Below are positions 11,198-24,005 of a stretch of 64,000 bases of DNA, piece by piece. The translations under genes and the position numbers were made by a program. The stretch spans positions 6,138,001-6,202,000 of the forward strand of contig CM060731.1 in NCBI GenBank assembly GCA_030704615.1, written 5' to 3'. The stretch is from Takakia lepidozioides (Eukaryota; Plantae; Bryophyta). A model generated the notes under the pieces. The model did not search any database and was not told the DNA's origin. It saw only the letters and a list, made by a program, of their open reading frames with translations. Each line of letters begins with the position of its first letter. Position 1 is the stretch's first letter.

Positions 11198-11751
11198 TGC
11201 GCAATGGACGACTACCGCACCACTCCTAATTCTGGACCTGTCGTTCGTCGACTCGGTGGTTCGTGTTGTGGATATCAACGCAGCAGCATAGAGCATTAAG
11301 GATCATTGTGGAGGGTGATAGGAGGGCACAGGCTCCGGGTTATGGTAGATCCACAGGTTTCTTATGCCGCAGTGGTCCATTTCTGATGATGGAAACTCGG
11401 AGTTGTCGATGTACAAAATAAAAACTTGTAGTTTCCTGATGTTTGTATTTCGAGCGTGTATGGCAATTTTCTGTCATGTCAATGTGGTGTTGATGTTCTG
11501 TTGAATGGGGTTTGCAAGTTGAACTATCGTCTGACCCTAAATATATTACCCTGTCAGCACAATGGCTTGTGAGGGCTACAAGTTTGTGTCTCTTTCCTGT
11601 CCTGCATAATGTTTTACAGTCGTGACGTGGAATAACGGCGCCGAAATACCTCATTCCACATCCTGGATCAGGAGAAATAGACCCTATTATCGAGGTATGA
11701 GGACATAATATCGTCAATAAAGGCACGAAAATTCCAATTCCGCGGATGCCC

Positions 11752-11799
11752 GCTCATGAGCTCATAGGCTCATAGGCTCATGGGCTCATGGGCTCATGA
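11752..11799 (+). repeat. 8-bp tandem repeat (GCTCATRG-like) x6
   Basis: gctcatga gctcatag gctcatag gctcatgg gctcatgg gctcatga, read directly. Confidence 0.9.
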
Positions 11800-14700
11800 A
11801 ATAGTAAACCTCGTTTGGCAATTTCCGTTCATACAGTAAATTGGTAAAGGACCTGCAAAATTTGAGGAAGTATTTGTTTCATTCAGATTCGGATGCCGGT
11901 AAGAAGAGAGTTGTGGATGAGGCGTTGCAATGGTTTGATGTGGTAATGGAGCGAGCAGTGCTCGATATTGTGTTGAACAGATTGGATGTGTTCAAAGTCC
12001 TTTGGTGCGGTTCCCCATTTGAAAACCGCATGCCCAGCGATTCGCCATCTCGATGGAGCATGCTTGGAACGCCAAATCAAAGATATTGGTCTCACTGGCA
12101 ACCTCCTAGAAGGTAATGCCGACTTCTTCTAGACCGTTGTGAAGTTCATGGTCTTTTCTTCCACCATCCTGTCAGACTCACTTTGTCTAACTCATCTGTT
12201 TCAGGAATGTCCGAATTAGACGAGCACGTGCAGTGTGCTTTTGATTCCCTTGCCAGAGGTGCACGAGATGTTGTGCTGGCGTTACAGGGACTCCATGACA
12301 CCGTTCAGCAGACTACTGACGACGCCATTGCTCAACAGACTGACCCACTGCAACAAAAAGAGCATGGATAGACTGTCAACACTATCCCAGCCAATGTTCA
12401 GGAGAGTGGGCGCACTATAGGCCACACCGAGGACGAGAAGACTCATGAGCAGACCGGCGAGCAGACTGAAGGACTGCCTCTACACCAGACCGTGCAACAT
12501 ACCAATGACGTTGTTGTCAAGCAGACCGTCCAACATACTATTGACCAGACCGGGCTGCAGACGGATGACCTGGCTGTGCACCAGCAGACTGTGCAACATA
12601 CCACTGACCAGACCGTCCAGCAGACTGAAAATAGTCACCACAATGACAGTGCCGTGCAGACTGTCTAGCAGATCGACGATCACACTGACTCGGAGGACCC
12701 AACTACACTTCATGTCCACTAGTCTGGATCCTGGCTTGTTGAATAGAGTCGTGCATTGGCCTCAATGGGACCCTGTCTCTGAATTTCTGCGGAGTTCTAT
12801 CAGTGCATTGACAGAGTTTTCTTTTCCCGCCGGGCCATCTTCACATATTGGCGCATCGTTTGAGGATATAAGCTAGGCACCGGTAAACCATTCTTCTCCA
12901 GTGGCCCATGGCCTGCCATCTATTTCCATTCAGCTCAGCCCGGTTTTGGTTGGCTGCCGCGGAAATTTAGATGTCGGACTGAGTCAAGCTTTTTCTGAAG
13001 CCATATCCAACGGACCAGAAATGTTGAACAGAGTGGATCTAGGCAAGACGTGAAACCGCCTGAACATGGTGATCAGAGGGAGGGCCAACTAACGCCGAAG
13101 TTATGAGCAGTCCGACCTGAGCTCGTAGTTAAATGGATCCCCTCCTCCGCCCCCCCCCGCCCGGCGAGAATGACCACCAGATCGACAGCAGACTGATCAC
13201 CAGACTGGCTAGACTGAGGACACTGAGCAGCAGACTCATGACGAACATGGACAGACTAAGGGCCAACATGTCGTTCCCCCCGCACACGAGAGTGTCCACC
13301 AGACTTGACAACAGACTGACTAGAGCTGCGACCAGACTGAGGATACTGAGCAGCAACTGACGATAACATTGACAGACTGAGGGCCATCATGCCGCGCACA
13401 CAGAGTCTGTCATAATGGCCCTGGCTACAACAGGTCCGGACTTGGGCATTCAAGCAGGGGAGCAGTCTGCCCAGTCGCTTCCTTCCAATGACGCCGTACA
13501 GGTTGTGTCCTGCCATCTTCCACCTCTGTGATTTCAGATTTATGTTCAATTTCTGTGTATTCACAGGATCTGTTGTACCTATAGGACTTCAGGACATCGT
13601 TTCCCTCAGATGCACGGATTAATTCAACGCATGCGACCCGTGAGGCTGCCAATACAGGTCCTTGTGAACAAGCTTGCAGACACAGTCGTGTTGCAAAGCA
13701 GGACCGCATCATCAATCACTCTTCGTCTTCTGCTGAATCGAACCCGGCCACAGTAGTCGCCGAATCCTGGGCACAAGTAGAGCAAAGAAGCGGACTGTCA
13801 TGGAGCAGACTCAAGGACTCAGGAAGTTTGGGAGGGTCATGTTGCCGAGAAACCTGCGAAGAAAGGCAAGTCCGCTGTCTTCATGAACAAGGACCACAAA
13901 ATGGCATTGGATACGGACAAGGAAGTGGTTCTTCAGCGACAAATGCACCAGTGAGTAGTCCTCCCACTCTGATGAGTCTGGTCACTCCAGTCTGCTCAGA
14001 AGTGTGAGTCTGCTCAGTCCGCTCGGTATGGGTAGTCTGTTGAATGGAGTCAGTCTGCTTAGACCGTTGCGTACATGGGTTTTCACATAAGGCCGTGGTC
14101 TGTGTGCAGGTTGGGTTCTCGTTTTGCCGCGACCCTGCGACGGAATGTCGCGGCTGGCAATTGCATGGTTCACTTTTATGAAGGCGACCCCCTGAGTGCT
14201 CCATCGGGCCTCCGGACTTGAAGCCACTTGAGACGGTGGAGTCGGAGTGCCCAGATAGAATGCTGGAGCTGTGGTGTCGTTTCTGTGAGAAGACGGTTGA
14301 GGAGAGTACTCAAGTACTGTTGCTCTTCTGCCAGCCTCAACGTGGTCTCGTATGATGACACATTAGGACGGGCCACAGGAAAGGCTAGTGGAGTATGTGC
14401 ATTCTTGCTAGAGCGTCCCTCGGCTCGGCAAAGACATAAAAGATTGCCATCATATAATCGTTCCGATTGTGGAGGAGTAAGATCTCGCATATCCAGTCTG
14501 TTTTGTCGGGCCAGTCTTTTGAATGACGTCACTACGTTCACACCTGCCTCTTGCTTGTTGATTCCATTGAGTCTGCTCAGTCTGGCAAATCTGCCCAGTC
14601 TTTTGAATGAGGACAGTCTACTCGGTCTGCCCACTCTGCCCTGAGTCTGCTCAATCTGCCGAGTCTGCTGAGTCTGCCCATTATGCTGAGTCTGCTCATT

Positions 14701-16164
14701 ATGCCGAGTCTGCTGAGTGATGAGTCTTCTGAGTCTGCTGAGTCTTGACTCTGCTGAGTCGGCTGAGTGTACTAGGACCAGGACCCAACCTACGTGCGAG
14801 TCTGTAGAGTCTGCTGGAGAGGCAGTTGGAGTGGTTTGCTGAGAGGACTACTGCTGTGAGACTCATGAGAATCGTCTTGCAGGGCGCACTGGAGTGTTGT
14901 TGTCATCGACGTGCGGAAGGGCTGCTACACTCACATGAACTCCATCGAGTCATTGCATGGTTGCCCATATGTTTTGTCATGGATACGGAAGTTGCATGCG
15001 GAATGTTTAGGCTACAATGCTGATTCACCGGGTTGGGAGGAGGTTAGGGCATTTCAGTTCAACCAGCCGGAAGTGCCCCAACAGCCCATTCAGCTGGGAA
15101 TGCGGGTTTTACGTCATGTCCTTCATCCAAGGATATTATGAATGGCTACAAACGGTGGCATAGTCGAACCTCTTCTAAAAGGGCAGAGAGAGGAGTACCT
15201 TTCACAAAACACTGGTTTACGTTCAAGTTTGCACTTGGCCAACAGATGCAGTGTCTTAAGTACATCTTGACTGGTTGAGAGCCTGCCGCTGAGAAAGCAA
15301 TATCCTCCTCATAGATATCCATCTGGGCCCGAGATTATAGGTGCACCATAGGACGCATTTGTCATGTAAGCATGCTTTTGAGCATTTGCAACGAAATAAA
15401 ATATGACTTTTGCATACACATCCTATTGGTCGCATATGAGTGTAGTGTGGAGTAGTTGTTGTAGACTTGTGCCCAATTCACTGCATGTTGTTACGGACTT
15501 ACCCCTGCACACACAATCGTTTTGTTTAACATACCAAGGGAGTCCACTGGTCAGCAAACAGCCGAGAGTTAGCAGACTGCCAGAGTATGGGAAGAGAGTA
15601 TGCCTAGGCTTGTGAGCAGACAGAGGGCAATGTCACCAGACTGACAAAAGTCCGACAGACTGAGGAGTTGGGACCAGTCCGGCGGACTGGCAGATGTGAT
15701 TGTGAACCATGAGTCTGCACTAGTGAGCAAACTATCGAGAGTCACCGGAGCGGTAGAGTACAAGCGGACGGCATTGGCCAGTAGTTTGCCAAGTCTGGTC
15801 AGCAGAGTAAGTGAGAGTCCACCGTACTGAGAATGGCCAGTCTGATGGGCAGACCGCATGAGGCTCACTGGTCAGCCAGGTGCAGGCACGTTCATAACTG
15901 GGAGATTGGTATGCTCAGGAGAAGGCTGGCACAACAGACTGTTCGAAGACTGAGTCAGCAGACTAGTTCAGATACCAGAAGACTGGTTGAGCAGACTGGT
16001 TCAGACGATAGAAGACTGGTTGAGCATACTGGTTCAGACGCCAGAAGACTGGTTTACCAGGCTGGTTGGCAAATAGGTTGGAAGTCTGGTGCACATGCAA
16101 TCGTACTGCCGAAATTTTATTTCATCGGGAGAATGATACTATACCATTTCCTACATTTCCTACT

Positions 16165-19100
16165 CTACTTTACAACTGGTATACGGTCTGCAACCCTCCG
16201 AATTGTGGAGTATATGTGTGCTGCAGGTGTTGGGGCACCAACACTCTTCCCTGTTTTGTGTAAGACCCTGGGTCGCGTTTTCCATGCCTCAACGAAATCC
16301 CGTTTCATTTTCAGCGACATATTATTGTTGTCATTTACAGGACGGAAGCTCTTTATCACAGCAGGGTGCAACATTCCTGCAACACTCTTAGCGAGAATAT
16401 CAACAAGCTGCCCTCTACAGATACGAAGAGAAGACAACACATGTTTCTCCAGGTATTTGTCGTCCCCAACAATGCGAAGTATGTCTGCAAATTCTTCATC
16501 CATGGAGGATGGTACGACGACAGGCTCCGCATCATAGGGGAAGTCATCTGTGGAAGGGCCCTCTGTTGCATTTCCCAAACTCTCTTCGTCGCTGCCACTT
16601 GCATGAACCCTAAACACATTATGCAATCCTCCATGAATGGTTCCCAGCGCCGTGCCACAAGCGCGCACTATGAGTCCATCTTGCAAGTGTGGATGAAACA
16701 ACTTCATGACTCGGACTTGATGCTTGCACAAATTGCCCTTCATTGGCCATGGGCAAGTGCAAGAAGGCCATTTGCATCCGGGGTTGTAAACAATGTAAAT
16801 TGTGTTTGGGTGATTGGTGCTTAGAACATAGGTTGGTTGCCCACGATGGAACGGAAGAGTGACATTGCAAGCTGGGATATCGCGTGCCGCAAGCACAGAA
16901 TTGGACATGTACTTCTCATGTTTGTCATTCCTTATGAATCCGTGCGTCTTCAGGTGAATTGCATACCAGTAGTGTGTTAGCACACGGCCTATGAGTTCCC
17001 ATATGAGCCAATCCACTCTACGCCCAGTCATTTTGTCTTTCCCCATCCTCAGTCTTGCCTTCAAGCTTCCATGGTATGCCTCAATGCTAGCGTTGGTGTC
17101 TTGACTGGCATGCGGAATATGGCGAGCTGCTGTACACCACATTGTTATTTTAGGACGCCATTCCTTATCGATGTAGTCCAGAAATTCATGCCCATTCGGA
17201 TATTTCTTTCTCATGCGTCGGAGCGTTGTTGCTACCCATGCAAGATCTTATTTGGGATTGCTTGGTCCACCTCTATAGTACATGAGGTCTCCCATATCTT
17301 TCAGCAAGTTTGCGGCAGTGATAAGATCTTTGGTTTTTGCGCATGATTGCTTCACCCAAGCCCGTCGGACATGCCAAAGGCACAGGAAAATGAGCACTCC
17401 TCAAAAAACAGCCCTGCAAAGTACACATGCCCACATGAGAGACTTCAAAGAGGACTTCGCCGGTGGACTTGGGCACTAACCCAGTAGACTCTCTGGTTGA
17501 CTGGTCTGCCCGTATGTTCCAAACGGATTCAGGCAGCAGACTCGCCCACTCTGACCTGCCATGAGTATTGCCCTCACGACACCGCCAGCAGACCTGACCA
17601 CGCTGACCTCGCAGCGGACTTACGTAAGTGAGTCTTGCAACGGACTTGGCCAGAGGGCATCCCGAGCGGAATGGGTTGCCAGCAGACTTTCGAATAGTCC
17701 CCTCCGGTGGACTCGCCTGCCAGCGGACCAGAGTGAGGTCGCAGCAGACTGGCGCACGTGAGTCTTGCAGCGGACTGCTTGCGAACAGTCCCTCCGGCGG
17801 ACTCGCCTGCGAGCGGACTTGCTTGACTAGACTGAGGTCGCAGCAGACTGGCGCACGTGAGTCTGTGTAGCGGTCTGCTTGCAAACAGTCCCCTCCGGTG
17901 GACCTGCCTGCCAGCGGACTTGCTGGACCAAACTAAGGTCGCAGCAGACTGGCGCACGTGATTCTTGGAGCGGACTGCTTGCAAACAGTCCCCTCCGGCG
18001 AACCTGCCTGCCAGCGGACTTGCTGGACCAGACTGAGGTCGCAGCAGACTGGCGCACGTGAGTCTTGCAGCGGACTGCTTGCGAACAGTCCCCTCCGGCG
18101 GACTGGCCTGCCAGCGGACTTGCCCTTAGGAGACCGGCAGCAGACTTACCCAGACTTTGCTGGCAGCACACCCGAGCAGACTGACCTTGTAGCATACTTG
18201 TGCAAGTGAGTCTTCCAGCAAACTTTGCTAGAGGACATTATCAGCGGACTGGTTTGCCAGCAGACTTGTAGAAATGAATGGGCCGGACTTGCAGCCAGGA
18301 CTGCGTTGTATGGCAGGGGACTTGCCGAAGAGACAGACAATGGATGCAGACGACGGACTTGCACGCGAGTGTACAGGAGGGTACGTGAAACTTACGTAAT
18401 GGCGTTTATTTCGGCGTCGGCATCGTCCACAATGAAGGCATTGGGTCGCCAGTCTGGCATTTATGTGAGGAGAGAGTCCCGCAAGGCTGCCATCCACGGC
18501 ACCAGGTCTGTTGTCCGCTCACGCGCGCATATGATGTACGCAACTGGTATATCGTTAAGCCACTCGTCGAAGACCATCAACGTGTACAATGGGAATTGTT
18601 CAAATGCAGAATGTCAGATGCTGCCAGTGTGCGTACATCCACTACTTCTGCAAGTGGATAAATTGTGAAAGGGATGAAGAGTACCTTGTGGTGATTTGTC
18701 CCGAAGGTTGCATCGCATGCAACGATACGAGCATGGCCTAATTGAAGCATTCGCTTCTTCTGCCACTCAGTCTGTATGCCGATTGTGAATGTTAAGTCGC
18801 CATCGTAGTGCTTGAATGTTGGCGCCAATTTCTCCTCTTGATAGAAGAAGACCGATTTCGGGTTCTGGTCTTTCCACATGCGGACACTCTCCGCATCGTT
18901 GGCATGTTTTTTGAATGTTTGCCACACCCGTTTCTCGGCCAGGTTGCGCACATCTTGCTCCAACAAAAAATCGTCCCATGTCCATGCATCCCCCAACCCG
19001 TTGTTGTTCATGACGTACTCTTTATGTTCCATCATGATCTGGGCGACTGACAGGCCTCGGCACAGACACTCCATGACCCATGCTTTCAATTCCTCGCTAA

Positions 19101-19907
19101 TGTGTGGTGCATAGGCGTGGCGAGTGTTCCTGAACTCAATGGACTTCCCATGACAGACGTTCCCTTTCGCGTCTGTATGCTCCATATTGTTGTAGTACGT
19201 GAGGACACAAATGTCGGGAGTGAGATAACATTGCTGGACCTTGAAACAGCACTGGCAACCACGCTTGTAAGACTCTCCATATTCCGACTTCTTTCTCCTT
19301 GGGCCTTTATGAGGGTGAGATGTTCCAGCACCCACAAGAGGTCCTCCACATTTCAGTTTGGGATCCTCCACTATCGCATTGTTGGTGCGCTTGTCATCTG
19401 GACCGTAGCAGCATTGATACCTGGACATAAAAATCACAATGGATATCCATCGACTTCTGGAAGCATGAAATCACAGAACGTGGGTACGAAAAATGGCAAC
19501 AGACATGCAATCAAACTACAAAAGAACGATGACGATGGTACACACATGATACTGTTCAGAGAACTGCTGGCTCTCGGCTCTTTTAGCATGCCGGGTTGCA
19601 CTTTAGTATGGACATTCACCCAAAACTGAGTGGGGTAGTCCTCCAAATTCTCCTCTCCAAGGAGAAAGTCATTAACTCTATCCCACAATATGCAGGCCTT
19701 CAGAATTGTCTGTCTGGCACCCATATAACCAGATTGCGTGTCTCTCTTCCATTGGAGGTCCTTCGTGTTGAAGGGTCCTGGTTTGGGTGTTTGCAAACTT
19801 TGTCGAAGAGACCGTATAATCCAACATCCCGTTTTTAGTATATCATCACCTTCTGCTTCCACGTCCATGCCCTGTATAGTACAGAGGACACGCTTCAGAA
19901 CCTGCAA
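16165..19907 (-). pseudogene. MULE-related DDE transposase with SWIM zinc finger (resembles the Arabidopsis At4g13970/At1g60560-type family), 4 exons, disrupted
   Basis: Exons about 19907-19546, 19420-18685, 18595-18396 and 17413-16165. Motifs YQCCYGPDD, KRGCQCCF..H..CHG, GIQTEWQ, ACDATFGTN (D1), FIVDDADAE (D2), LCLWHVRRAW (CxxH), TNASIEAYH (E) and SWIM CTCPWPMKGNLCKH. In-frame stops in exons 3 and 4; exon 3 acceptor is CAA. Confidence 0.88.
17600..18150. repeat. About 100-bp GC-rich tandem repeat (about 5 units) inside transposase intron 3
   Basis: The unit GAGGTCGCAGCAGACTGGCGCACGTGAGTCTTGCAGCGGACTGCTTGC... recurs near 17735, 17834, 17935 and 18035, with degenerate flanking units. Confidence 0.92.
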
Positions 19908-20426
19908 GAAACGCGCCGCAGTACACTAGACACGATGGACAACGTGCAAGGAGCATCAGTGCGCACGTTCGCGGTTGCTGGCAAGTGGTAGGTGGCAGGG
20001 ATAAGGTTTGAATTCATGCCCTAAAAATGGAGGGCTCAGATGTCATTTACAAACGGACGGTCCAGATGCGGCATCATCAGTGGACTGGAGGAAAGCGGAC
20101 TCATGGGCGGCGGACTGGCGGGCAGACTGTTGGGCGTGGACTGGCAGATTGGCAGACTGGGGGGCAGCAGACGGGCACATCGGACTATTGGGTGGACTTG
20201 CGGGGACTGGCACAGCGGACTGGCGTGCACAGCAGACTGGCGGTTTGGTGGACTGAGGGGAACTGGACTCACGGGCAGCGGACTGGGGGCGCGGCTGGTG
20301 GGCTTGCGACAGCAGCTGGGCGACCGCGCGTAGCGGCGGGCGGGGGGAGCCGGGCGTCCGTGCACGGGGCCCACCGGTCAACTCGTGCGTGCGCCATAAC
20401 GTCCCAATTATTGTAAAATGAGAGGC

Positions 20427-23410
20427 GAAACACATACGTACATGTAGAAAAAAACAACAACCTATATGTAGATTCCATTACCCTTTACCACCTATGCCTT
20501 CCACTCAAATTCTTGCCCCGCTTGATGAAAATGAAATAGTTTCAACATCACGTGCTCATTTACAAGCTCAAGCTAATAAAATCTTCTTAAAACTACATGA
20601 AATGAATATGGGTGAAGATATTACTTTCACTGAATTTCTACAATCTTTAACATTAGACGAAAACACGTATATCTTAGCTTTACAAAGTCGATTAACTAAG
20701 CCACAAATATTTCTTGAACGTACTCCCAAAAATATACAAACGAACGCATTTCCTAAACATGTAGCATATCTATGGTGTGCAACCACAGACATACAATATA
20801 TTTTAGATCCATATGTTGCTGCCACTTATTGTACATCTTACATGACAAAACTAGATAACAATAACATCTGAATTACGTAGAATCATCCAAAAATGTGTTG
20901 CTGACAAAGTAGATTCTGATACACGAATAATAAAGTTGGGTAATGCTTTCTTAAATTCTCAACAAAATTTGTCTACCCAACTTGCAGCCTACTTAGTTTT
21001 ATCACTTCATTTGCATCATAGCTCTCGCTCATTTAAGTTTATTAATACCTCACCATGTCAAAATAGGGCATTTGTGCTAAAACCTCAAAGTGCATTAGAA
21101 AAATTAGATTCACATTCCACTGACGTTATGTGTCCCTCTATTATAGATAGGTACGTACGCAGGCCTATGGAATTGAATTCTTTATCTTTAGCTGAATTTT
21201 CTTCATCATATAATATTATAAATAATAAATTTATCAAATGTAAAAAAATGAAAGTAATAAGATTTGTTCACTACAATAAACATAAAGATATAGAAAACTG
21301 GGCAAGAGAACACCTTCTTTTATACCATCATTTTCGAGGACGAGAAGAACAACAAATAGGCATTCATAACACATGGCATGAAGCATATTCTGAACATGCC
21401 CAATCTATATCACAAATAAAATCTCTTTTTACATATAAACTTCATGTGCAACAGGACACAGACTCCAATGTTTGTTGGGCTGACTTACAAACTTGTTCAT
21501 TTGAATTGTCAAACCACCATAACCAAAATATGTGGACAAACATTGATCATCAAAGCAATGACGAGGACAACATGCACTTTGCTATTCCAATAATAGATAA
21601 TAGTAATACAAAGAGATATAACATTCACAATGATTTTTACATTAGCCCCCGTAATACACGCATAACATCCGTTCACAATGAAGATAACTCTTCTTTATCA
21701 AGATGCCCAACCCTAATGGATGAACAACAATTTCGTTGTCTTCTAAGACAGCTTATGTTCCGCAAAAGAGTACACCCCACTAAACCAATACATTTATTTC
21801 TAACAGGGGGTGCCGGTACAGGTAAAACATTTACATTAAAACTAATTATTCAAGGTTTATTATGATTATACAACCAACAGCTTGGGTCTGATCCCACTAA
21901 AATCAAAGCTATACTTATGGCTTATATAGGGAAGGCTGCATTTAACATTGATGGTTCCACTATACACTCCACATTATGTATACCGATAAATCAAAATTTA
22001 ACACACATATCAAAACTATCATAAGATACACTAAACAAATTGACAGCTCAATATGAACAACTACAACTTGCAGTTATTGACGAAATATCCTTAGTCGGTA
22101 GCAGAATGTTTGAAGCCATTGACCAAAGATTACGATCTATTAAGCATATACATAACCATTTTTTTGAAACTTAGATGTCATAATGACTGGAGATTTCTAC
22201 CAAGCTCCACCGGAAAGAGATAGATGGATATTTAAAAAACTGCAATCTGGACTAGACGCCCTTGCGCCCCACAGTTGGCATACACATGTCAAATGCTATG
22301 AATTGCAAACAGTTATGCGTCAATCTGATGACACATTTATTGAAATACTTAATCAGTTTTGAACAACATAACAAACAATTGAAGATATAAATACTATAAA
22401 TAGTCTATGCCTAAAGACTCCACCCCTTACCCCAACACTACCATACATATACTACACTAACGAATTAACCCGTGCACATAATGATTATATTTTTTCTATA
22501 TTCTCAGGCCAAATTTATAATTGCGAAGCTATTGATGTACAACATCATTCATGCCCTCCATTTCTAAATTTAAGCAAAGACCCATCCAAAATAACAGGTC
22601 TCCACCATATCATCAGGTTAAAAAAAGATATGCTGGTGGAGCTATGTGCTGGCAACTATCAAACATCTGATGGTCTAGTTGATGGTGCAGATGGTATATT
22701 TCAAACAACAACATCTACTAATAATAAAGACATCATTTGGATTGATTTTTAAAATCCAAAAATAGGATTACTCACTAGACATAAAAACCAACACTTTTAT
22801 ACTGACAATATAATCCCAACTTGGACTCCAATTGAACCTATCACAAAAGAAATTAGAATAGGGAACGTTGACTCTTAATCTCACGAATCCAATTTCCACT
22901 ACAACCTGCTGCTGCAAGAACAATCCATCGATCTCAAGGTTTATCATTGGATGAAATGGCTTTTGATCCTACTAACGTTTGTAAACATGGCCTAACTTAT
23001 ACAACACTTTCTCGTGTTCGCACCAAAGAAAAGTTATATCTTTTATCTCCATTGCACCAAACCAACTTTCGAGTTGATGACTCTGTAAATCAAGAGATGC
23101 TCAGACTCAAATCAAATGCAAAATGGGAACTACTAGTTCCTAACTTAAGTATATACCAATATTCCCATATCATAATTCAAGCTCTAAACACAACGTCTCT
23201 TCGTCAACATCACAAAGACATCAACTCTAACCTCAATTTACAACTATCTAACATCCTTTGCCTTACTGAAACAAGAGTTCATCACTCAACATCTGAGTTA
23301 CAACAATACATAGATACCACAAAATTTAATTATATAGGAGCTTATGACGGTCATGGCGCTCTTATGTTATACACAAAAAATATGACGCTTGATTATTCAG
23401 AAACATTAAC
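20427..23410 (+). mobile_element. Helentron-type Rep / PIF1 helicase / APE-like endonuclease fragment, 5'-truncated and decayed
   Basis: Rep: CRFHYPLPPM and DIQYILDPYVAATYCTSYMTK. PIF1: GGAGTGKT, IDEISLV, GDFYQAPP, MRQ, TIHRSQGLSLD and TYTTLSRV. Then EEP/APE N-terminal motifs ALNTTSL...ILCLTETR. AT-rich with many stops. Confidence 0.85.
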
Positions 23411-24005
23411 ATATCTTCTCTTCCAGGAATCCCTCATTCCATTGGGACTGCAAGTGATAGTGATCTGAGGCTGGCAGAGAAGCTTCTACTTAGTCATACG
23501 TACGTTGCAGCTGACCCCACCATCTGACCTTGAATTCATCGTGTCGGGAGCTCAAGGGAGGAATGCCAAATTCACCCTGAACAGCCACATGAGCTGTTTT
23601 GGAGCATTTGAGCACCACCACTTGAATGGATCTAGAGACTTAGCCTGGTTGGAGTTTGCGACGCCCGACCGTCGCTGCTTGCGACCCCCGCCCAAAAAAC
23701 CCGTCGCCATTGGCGACATGCTGCAGTTGCGAGGGCAGCCTGGTGGGGGGGGGGGGGTGTTTGGGGGAGGAATTGGGGGTGGTTTTTTGTTTTTTTCCTG
23801 GTTTTGTATTTGGGGATGGGAGAACATACAGTTCCATTTCTCTGAGTTAGCAGATACACAATTGAGCAAGCATGAATCGAGGGTGAGGACGATACGACAC
23901 ATGAATAAGATGGAAGATGGAAAGATGGAAATATATTTAGAAGAAATGAGCTGAAAAGCTCACAAGGGTTCAGTAGACTGACCCTGGGACCTACATGGAT
24001 TAGGA

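Noticed and set aside
17273-18364. Multiple overlapping ORFs on both strands
   Set aside because: Products of a GC-rich tandem repeat inside a transposase intron.
4490-20425. One continuous 16-kb element with defined ends
   Set aside because: No matching TIR or TSD was found, and the two halves carry different signature motifs. Linkage remains only a hypothesis.
20008-20478. Gly/Ala/Arg-rich ORFs (also 33248-33775 and 31976-32651)
   Set aside because: Stop-poor GC-rich subterminal repeat sequence; frames differ between the two copies.
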